From Escherichia coli phage KS_S14, in the sequence record LC788706.1: 64,000 bases of DNA; one strand, 5' to 3'. This document shows positions 58,381 to 64,000 of the stretch, piece after piece (positions within the stretch are counted from its first letter, which is position 1; each line of letters starts with the position of its first letter). The notes below the pieces were generated by a model. The model searched no databases, was not told the origin of the DNA, and saw only the letters and a program-made list of their open reading frames with translations. The translations under genes and the position numbers were made by a program.

Positions 58381-58453
58381 ATATTTGTAAGTTGATAAAC
58401 AAGATCTTTTTGTTGATCCTCTGTTAGCGAAGTACACTATAGGAGTGTTATTT

Positions 58454-59206
58454 ATGGGAAAAGCACGTCAAAAAAGAGAGAACCGCAATGGTTCAAGAAA
58501 GCGTGGCAACAAATATGAGAATAACGTAATTCAGGCTGATTTTTCTAATGATTACGCTAACCCAGTTGCTAAATCCCTAGTAGGTAAAAACCGCGAGCAA
58601 AAATCATATATCAATATGATCAAGAACAACACAGTGACTGTGGGTATTGGTGAGCCAGGTACTGGTAAAACCTTTATCCCGTCTGTTCTTGCAGCTCAGG
58701 AACTCGTAGACATTCACTCAGATATTGAGCAAGTGATTCTCGTACGTCCTAATGAACCTCTAGGTAAGTCTCTTGGTATGCTTCCTGGTGATCTAGCAGA
58801 AAAGCTAGAGCCTTGGTTAGAGCCAATAGCTGATGGTATGAAATGGGCCATCGGTGATCATGCGTATAAAGGATATGTCGAACGTCAGAAAATTAAATTT
58901 TTGGCTATAGAACATGCTCGTGGCAGAACTTTCAACAACTCCTATGTAATTGTCGATGAAGCTCAGAATATTTCCGTTGAGGCAATGGTTTGTCTCCTAA
59001 CTCGTGTAGGACAAGACTGCCGTTTAATTATCTGCGGAGATATAGCTCAGAAGGACATTAAAGGTGACTCAGGTCTAGCACTTCTTATGGAAGTTTATGA
59101 GAAATATGAAAATGCTCCATTCTCAATGATCGAATTGATTGATAACGTTCGTTCTGCTGAGTCTAAAGCATTCTACGATATTTTTAAAGACATGGGAAAG
59201 GTGTAA
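58454..59206 (+). CDS. phoH: PhoH-like ATPase
   Basis: Walker A (GEPGTGKTF) and PhoH-type core (VIVDEAQN); start moved to ATG 58454 with AGGAG 8 nt upstream. Confidence 0.85.
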   Translation: MGKARQKRENRNGSRKRGNKYENNVIQADFSNDYANPVAKSLVGKNREQKSYINMIKNNTVTVGIGEPGTGKTFIPSVLAAQELVDIHSDIEQVILVRPNEPLGKSLGMLPGDLAEKLEPWLEPIADGMKWAIGDHAYKGYVERQKIKFLAIEHARGRTFNNSYVIVDEAQNISVEAMVCLLTRVGQDCRLIICGDIAQKDIKGDSGLALLMEVYEKYENAPFSMIELIDNVRSAESKAFYDIFKDMGKV

Positions 59207-59207
59207 T

Positions 59208-59429
59208 ATGGGAAACGTCGTTCATCTGAGCCGTAAAACTAAAATACATCGTACTTCACTGAGTGCTGCTAATATGATTACACGTAAGGAAGGGGAAGAA
59301 AGTCCTAAGACAACCCTAGCGTGGAAAATTGTAACCTCAAATCCAAATAAACCATTCAATTATAACGAGCTGAGCACCTCCATAGATATTCTATTAAAAG
59401 AAGTAGCTAGAGCTAAAGTAATTGAATAA
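59208..59429 (+). CDS. Hypothetical protein
   Basis: 73 aa from the internal ATG; the track ORF is extended upstream into phoH. Confidence 0.35.
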   Translation: MGNVVHLSRKTKIHRTSLSAANMITRKEGEESPKTTLAWKIVTSNPNKPFNYNELSTSIDILLKEVARAKVIE

Positions 59430-59571
59430 GCTAAAAAGCTAGACTGGTAATACATAAGGCCTGGGTATGAAAATACTCGGGCCTTTTCTATCAGAAAATT
59501 TTATTTGCCTAATGACCAATAATAAAGTAGAATATTCCTTAAATCCTGATAACTATAAAAAGGAAAGCCAA

Positions 59572-61902
59572 ATGAGCCATCGCATTGAAAAAGTAATTAA
59601 ACGTGACGGTACTGTAGAAGACTTTGCTCCTGAAAAACTCAATGGTTGGGCGGAGTATGGTTGCAAAACAGTTGATGTAAGTTGGTCAGCCATTACTATG
59701 GCTGCTCAAAAAACTCTGCCTAAAGGGGTTGTAGATTCCGATACTCTGATGGATGCGTTAATTAAAGCTGCTGAAAGTCTTATCAAAGATAATCCAGCAT
59801 ACGACGTACCAGCAAAGGAACTACGTCTTGCGCAGATGCGTAAACGTCTTTATGATTCCTTCGAACCACCTTCTCTACGCTTCTTCCACGACCATATGGT
59901 TAGTGTAGGTGCATGGGAAGACATGAGTGCATGGATTACCGATGAGCAGTTTGAGGCTTTGAATCAGGTTATTGACCATGATCGCGACCGTCTTTTCACT
60001 AGCGGAGGATTGAAACAATTCTTTGATAAGTATTCCCGTCGTAATATCGCAACTGGCGAAATTTACGAAACCCCGCAATTTGCCTATATGGGCATGGCAA
60101 TGGCGATGTTATCTCAACCTAATTGGACAATTCTAGATGCAATCGACCTCTACAACGCAATGTCGCTACACAAAATCAACATTCCTACGCCGCCATTGGT
60201 TGGCTTGCGCTCTAGTGACCGTGGATTTGCTAGTTGTTGCCTCGTTGATTCCACTGACACATTGGATTCAATCGACACAGCCGAACACATCGTCTTCAAA
60301 ATGGTCGCAGCCAGAGCGGGAATCGGGTATCATCTTGAAAGCCGATCAATTGCTGATCCGGTGCGAAATGGGGCATTCCCGCATTCCGGAAAACTGCCAT
60401 ATTATCGACACATTGACCGTTCAGTAAAGGCTAATACTCAGCAAACTCGTGGTGGTTCTGCTACTGTATCCTATCCTTACTTTGACCCTGAAATCATTCA
60501 ATTGATGCAGGTTAAGCAACAACGTGCTACAGATGAGAATAAAATCGATAAGATGGATTATTCTCTGAGCTTCAACAATCTTTTGTTAAAACGTTATCTG
60601 AAAAATGAAGATATTACGCTAATGTCATACTTCTATGCTCCAGAAGTTCATGAAGCGTTTTATAGTGATGACGAGGCTAAATTTGAAGAAATCTATGTGG
60701 CAGCGGAGAAACGTGTGGCATCTCTTACAAAGATCGACCACGAAGGAAAAACAGTTCCAGCAGCTCCTAAAGTCTCTGCAAAAGAAAGCCTAGATACTTG
60801 GCTACGTATCCGAATGGAAACAGGACGTATGTATGCTCACCACATCGGGGAATCTAATCGTCACGGTAACTTCCTTGATCCGATCCGTATGACAAACCTT
60901 TGTGTTGAAATTACTCAGCCTACACGTCCGTTCCATCATATCACGGAACTGTATAAAACAAAAGAACAACTTGATCAAATGAAGCCGGAGGATATTGGTG
61001 AAGTATCTCTGTGTAACTTAGGTGGTGTTGTACTAGGACGCATGGAATCTCTGGCTGAGTGGGAAAAGACTTGCTATATTCTTCTGAAATTCGTTGATAC
61101 CATCATTGAAATTCAGGACTATCCGTTCCCAACTATGGAATATACAGCTAAGAAACGTCGTAACGTTGGTATTGGCCTTATGAACGCAGCAGGTGCAATG
61201 GCAGCAGAAGGTCTGGCTTATGAAGGCGTTGAAGCACGTAACTGGATCCATCGTGAAGCTGAAAAACTGTCTTACTTCCTGCATAAAGCCTCTGTACGTC
61301 TAGCCAAAGAGCAAGGTGCATGTGAATGGTTCGATCGTACTAAACCATCTAAAGGAATACTAGTAATCGACACGTACAAGAAAACTGTTGATGAACTGGT
61401 ATCAGTAGGTCTAGAAATGGACTGGGAATCTCTGCGTGCAGATATTTTGAAATACGGTATGCGTAACTCTGTTCTGACTGCGCAGATGCCGGGAGAGAGT
61501 TCTTCCGTTCTGTTAGGGGTTACAAACTCAATTGAGCCACCTCGTAAGATTGTATCTATCAAGGGTAGTGCAGTGAATAAAGTAATTGCAATTGCTCCAG
61601 GTGCAACTGACTGGGATACTCTCATGAGCTATAAACTGGCTTATGATGTGGATCGTATTGAATGGATCAAATGGGTAGCAACTATGCAGAAATTCTTCAG
61701 CCAGTCTATCAGTACTAATATGTACTACGACTACACCAAGTTTGAGAATGAAATCATTCCTGGCCCGGTAGTAGTTCGTGATTTCATGACTGCTGTTAAA
61801 TATGGTTGGAAGACTTGGTACTACGCAAACTTCAACACTGCAAATGGTGGTGGGGCTGGAGAAGAAGCAGCTGGTTGTGCTTCTGGTGGTTGCCAGTTAT
61901 AA
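59572..61902 (+). CDS. nrdA: Ribonucleoside-diphosphate reductase, alpha subunit
   Basis: N-terminal ATP-cone (VIKRDGTVEDF), class I large-subunit core, C-terminal Cys pair (CASGGCQL); start moved to ATG 59572 (AGGAAAG upstream). Confidence 0.9.
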   Translation: MSHRIEKVIKRDGTVEDFAPEKLNGWAEYGCKTVDVSWSAITMAAQKTLPKGVVDSDTLMDALIKAAESLIKDNPAYDVPAKELRLAQMRKRLYDSFEPPSLRFFHDHMVSVGAWEDMSAWITDEQFEALNQVIDHDRDRLFTSGGLKQFFDKYSRRNIATGEIYETPQFAYMGMAMAMLSQPNWTILDAIDLYNAMSLHKINIPTPPLVGLRSSDRGFASCCLVDSTDTLDSIDTAEHIVFKMVAARAGIGYHLESRSIADPVRNGAFPHSGKLPYYRHIDRSVKANTQQTRGGSATVSYPYFDPEIIQLMQVKQQRATDENKIDKMDYSLSFNNLLLKRYLKNEDITLMSYFYAPEVHEAFYSDDEAKFEEIYVAAEKRVASLTKIDHEGKTVPAAPKVSAKESLDTWLRIRMETGRMYAHHIGESNRHGNFLDPIRMTNLCVEITQPTRPFHHITELYKTKEQLDQMKPEDIGEVSLCNLGGVVLGRMESLAEWEKTCYILLKFVDTIIEIQDYPFPTMEYTAKKRRNVGIGLMNAAGAMAAEGLAYEGVEARNWIHREAEKLSYFLHKASVRLAKEQGACEWFDRTKPSKGILVIDTYKKTVDELVSVGLEMDWESLRADILKYGMRNSVLTAQMPGESSSVLLGVTNSIEPPRKIVSIKGSAVNKVIAIAPGATDWDTLMSYKLAYDVDRIEWIKWVATMQKFFSQSISTNMYYDYTKFENEIIPGPVVVRDFMTAVKYGWKTWYYANFNTANGGGAGEEAAGCASGGCQL

Positions 61903-61911
61903 TAAAAACAA

Positions 61912-61938
61912 GGAGATCTTCGGGTCTCCTTTTTCTTT
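61912..61938 (+). terminator. Rho-independent terminator after nrdA
   Basis: GGAGATC-TTCG-GGTCTCC hairpin followed by TTTTTCTTT. Confidence 0.65.
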
Positions 61939-61948
61939 GAAATTTTAC

Positions 61949-61977
61949 TTGCTAATCGCTACCTGATTTGCTATAAT
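61949..61977 (+). promoter_or_regulatory. Sigma70-type promoter upstream of nrdB
   Basis: TTGCTA, 17-nt spacer, TATAAT. Confidence 0.5.
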
Positions 61978-62008
61978 ATTCCTGAAATAGTGAGAAAGAG
62001 GAAAATCA

Positions 62009-63154
62009 ATGACTACTTTATTAAACCTGAATTGGGATCATACTAACGCTGATCTTTTCCTGGGCGATTCTCTAGGTATCGCAGATTATGTACGCGTAGC
62101 ACATCCAGAATTAGAGCGTCTGGCACTTCTGCAACGCTCTCAATTTTGGACTGAAACTGAAATCAGCCTGGAAGCAGATAAGAAACAATGGCCTAACCTC
62201 CCACGTGAAATTCAGGAAATTACACTTCTGAATTTAGCATGGCAGACTCAAACTGATTCCTTTATCAGTCGAGCACCTGAAGCAGCTATTATGCCACTTG
62301 TAAGTCGTCCAGAATTGGAAGGTATGCTAAAGCAGTGGAGCTACTTCGAAGACCTGCATAGTCGTGCCTATAGCAATATTATTCGTAATGTGCTGACTGA
62401 TCCAGCAGAATTTATTGATTCTGTAACTAAAAACCAAGAAGCATTTGCACGTATCGCAGATTCTGTTGAACTGTTCGATGAACTGTACCAGTTAGGTCAG
62501 TATTTCATCGCAGTACGTGATCATCGTGGTGACAATACATATCCAGAAACTGAGTTCCCTGAAGTTAAGCGTGAAACTCAGGCTAAACTGTTAGATGCTT
62601 ATTTTGCAATCTACGGTCTGGAAGCAATGCAGTTCTACGCATCCTTTGCATGTACTTTTGCTCTAGCAGAGAACGATATTCTGCAAGGTATTGCTAAAAA
62701 TCTGCAATTAATCGCTAAAGATGAGGCTCTGCACACCCAGATGTCTAAAGCAATCATCCAGATTATGTTCCAGCAGTTTGATAAAGATCTGGTAGATGAA
62801 GCAGTGGCTAAAGCACCAGCACAGCTCCTGAAAACTCTGAAAACTGAAATTGAATGGGGTCATTTCATTTTCAAAGGTCGTAGTCTGATTGGTTTGAATG
62901 CAGAACTTCTAGAAGAATACTTGTACTTTGTGGGACGTAATGCATTTATGCACATTGGTGTAGAATGGCCTAGTCACTTACCAGTAATCACCAAAAACCC
63001 TATTCCGTGGATCATGAACTGGTTGGATACTACTTCTCTACAGCCTGCTCCACAAGAAATCCAGATTGGTGCAGCCTACCGTGTAGGTCAGGTAACTGAG
63101 ACCTCTACTGATACTCTGAAAGATCTGGGCAATGAATTTGGAGATTTCCTATGA
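62009..63154 (+). CDS. nrdB: Ribonucleoside-diphosphate reductase, beta subunit
   Basis: 381 aa; ferritin-like di-iron fold with spaced Glu/His ligand residues; immediately follows nrdA. Confidence 0.85.
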   Translation: MTTLLNLNWDHTNADLFLGDSLGIADYVRVAHPELERLALLQRSQFWTETEISLEADKKQWPNLPREIQEITLLNLAWQTQTDSFISRAPEAAIMPLVSRPELEGMLKQWSYFEDLHSRAYSNIIRNVLTDPAEFIDSVTKNQEAFARIADSVELFDELYQLGQYFIAVRDHRGDNTYPETEFPEVKRETQAKLLDAYFAIYGLEAMQFYASFACTFALAENDILQGIAKNLQLIAKDEALHTQMSKAIIQIMFQQFDKDLVDEAVAKAPAQLLKTLKTEIEWGHFIFKGRSLIGLNAELLEEYLYFVGRNAFMHIGVEWPSHLPVITKNPIPWIMNWLDTTSLQPAPQEIQIGAAYRVGQVTETSTDTLKDLGNEFGDFL

Positions 63155-63684
63155 TTACAGCAATGTACGCAGTTGGGCCGAATGGAGAGTTCGGCCTCCG
63201 AGGTAAGCTTCCCTGGGGTTCTTTTAAAGAAGAACTAGATGCTTTTTATTCACAATTAGATGTACTAAATCCTGATAATATTATTATTGGGGCAGGTACT
63301 TATTTAGCTCTTCCATACGCCGTTAGGGAACGTATGATTGGAGCTTCTGACCTATTTATTCGTGCTGATCGTCCACTGCCAGATGATATTACACACGATA
63401 TTTACACTCCCATATCAATGATAGGTGATACATTACCTACTTTTCTAAAAGATCAGCAAACAGTAGTTCTAGGTGGAGCTAATCTTCTTCTAGAAATGTA
63501 CCAACATGGACATATTGAAAGTGCTTTTGTATCTACAATTTTTAGCGAGCAGAAGCTAGAGGCAGATACACACCTAGATAGTATGATACTGGATTATAAC
63601 TATGAATCCACTCGATTAGTCTATGCAGTTGGCGCAAACAGTGATAACAGCCTGCGATTTGTACAGGAATTGGTTACTTATTAA
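63151..63684 (+). CDS. Dihydrofolate reductase
   Basis: 177 aa; N-terminal ITAMYAVGPNGEFG and LPW motifs typical of DHFR; translationally coupled to nrdB and thyA. Confidence 0.75.
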   Translation: MITAMYAVGPNGEFGLRGKLPWGSFKEELDAFYSQLDVLNPDNIIIGAGTYLALPYAVRERMIGASDLFIRADRPLPDDITHDIYTPISMIGDTLPTFLKDQQTVVLGGANLLLEMYQHGHIESAFVSTIFSEQKLEADTHLDSMILDYNYESTRLVYAVGANSDNSLRFVQELVTY

Positions 63685-64000
63685 TGCAACAATACTTAAA
63701 AATTTTGACAGATGTAATTTTACTAGGTGAACCCCGTAATGACCGTACAGGAACAGGCACAGTTTCAATTTTTGATTCCTATGCTAAGTTTGACCTACGT
63801 GAAGGGTTCCCGGCTGTAACTACTAAACGCCTGGCCTGGAAATCAGTAGTAGGAGAACTTTTATGGTTCTTGTCTGGTTCCACAAATCTTCATGATCTAC
63901 GTGTATTCACATTTGGGCGTGACGAAGGACAGTGGACCATCTGGACTCCAAATTATGAAGACCAAGCCATAAGTATGGGGTATGATAAGGGTAATCTAGG
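63684..64000 (+). CDS. thyA: Thymidylate synthase, 3'-truncated by window edge
   Basis: Hand-translated N-terminus MQQYLKILTDVILLGEPRNDRTGTGTVSIF...KRLAWKSVVGELLWFLSGSTN closely parallels the ThyA N-terminus (NDRTGTGT, ELLWFL). Confidence 0.85.
   Translation, partial: MQQYLKILTDVILLGEPRNDRTGTGTVSIFDSYAKFDLREGFPAVTTKRLAWKSVVGELLWFLSGSTNLHDLRVFTFGRDEGQWTIWTPNYEDQAISMGYDKGNL

Noticed and set aside
59467-59571. N-terminal extension of nrdA in the ORF track (MKILGPFL...)
   Set aside because: Conserved ATP-cone begins at the internal ATG (59572), which has a purine-rich RBS; the extension is likely an artefact of taking the first in-frame start.
1-64000. Integrase, repressor or other lysogeny module, and any CRISPR array
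   Set aside because: None seen; gene content is that of a strictly virulent T5-like phage.

Overview
This window reads as a contiguous piece of a T5-like virulent siphophage genome (Demerecviridae-type organisation); no previously undescribed system could be demonstrated, but several candidates are flagged below. All calls rest on reading the supplied translations and DNA; no database search was run, and T5 protein names and lengths are from memory. Layout: (i) 1-3570, pre-early-type genes on + (a 5'-truncated metallophosphoesterase that may be the A1 homolog, two small ORFs, a HAD-type Dmp-like nucleotidase), then four tiny overlapping membrane-protein genes on -; (ii) 3573-5682, a divergent lipoprotein (Llp-like) / receptor-binding protein pair; (iii) 5693-31036, the late module on +, from terminase through portal, capsid, tail tube, tape measure and baseplate to two tail-fibre genes, the second interrupted at a G6 run; (iv) 31093-58101, the early replication module on - (dUTPase, flap endonuclease, SbcCD-like, helicases, family-A DNA polymerase, primase, split NAD-dependent ligase, D2-like helicase, accessory genes including a Sir2-like protein, nrdD); (v) 58454-64000, phoH-nrdA-nrdB-dhfr-thyA on +. 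Many early genes sit behind sigma70-type promoters closely resembling the classic T5 PN25 promoter, and hairpin-plus-T-run terminators are frequent. No tRNA, CRISPR array, integrase or lysogeny module was seen. The most interesting items are the interrupted fibre gene, a ~500-nt ORF-free leader upstream of the D2-like helicase, the membrane mini-gene cassette beside llp, and an accessory early block with tandem paralogs, a HAD phosphatase and a zinc-ribbon-less Sir2 protein.
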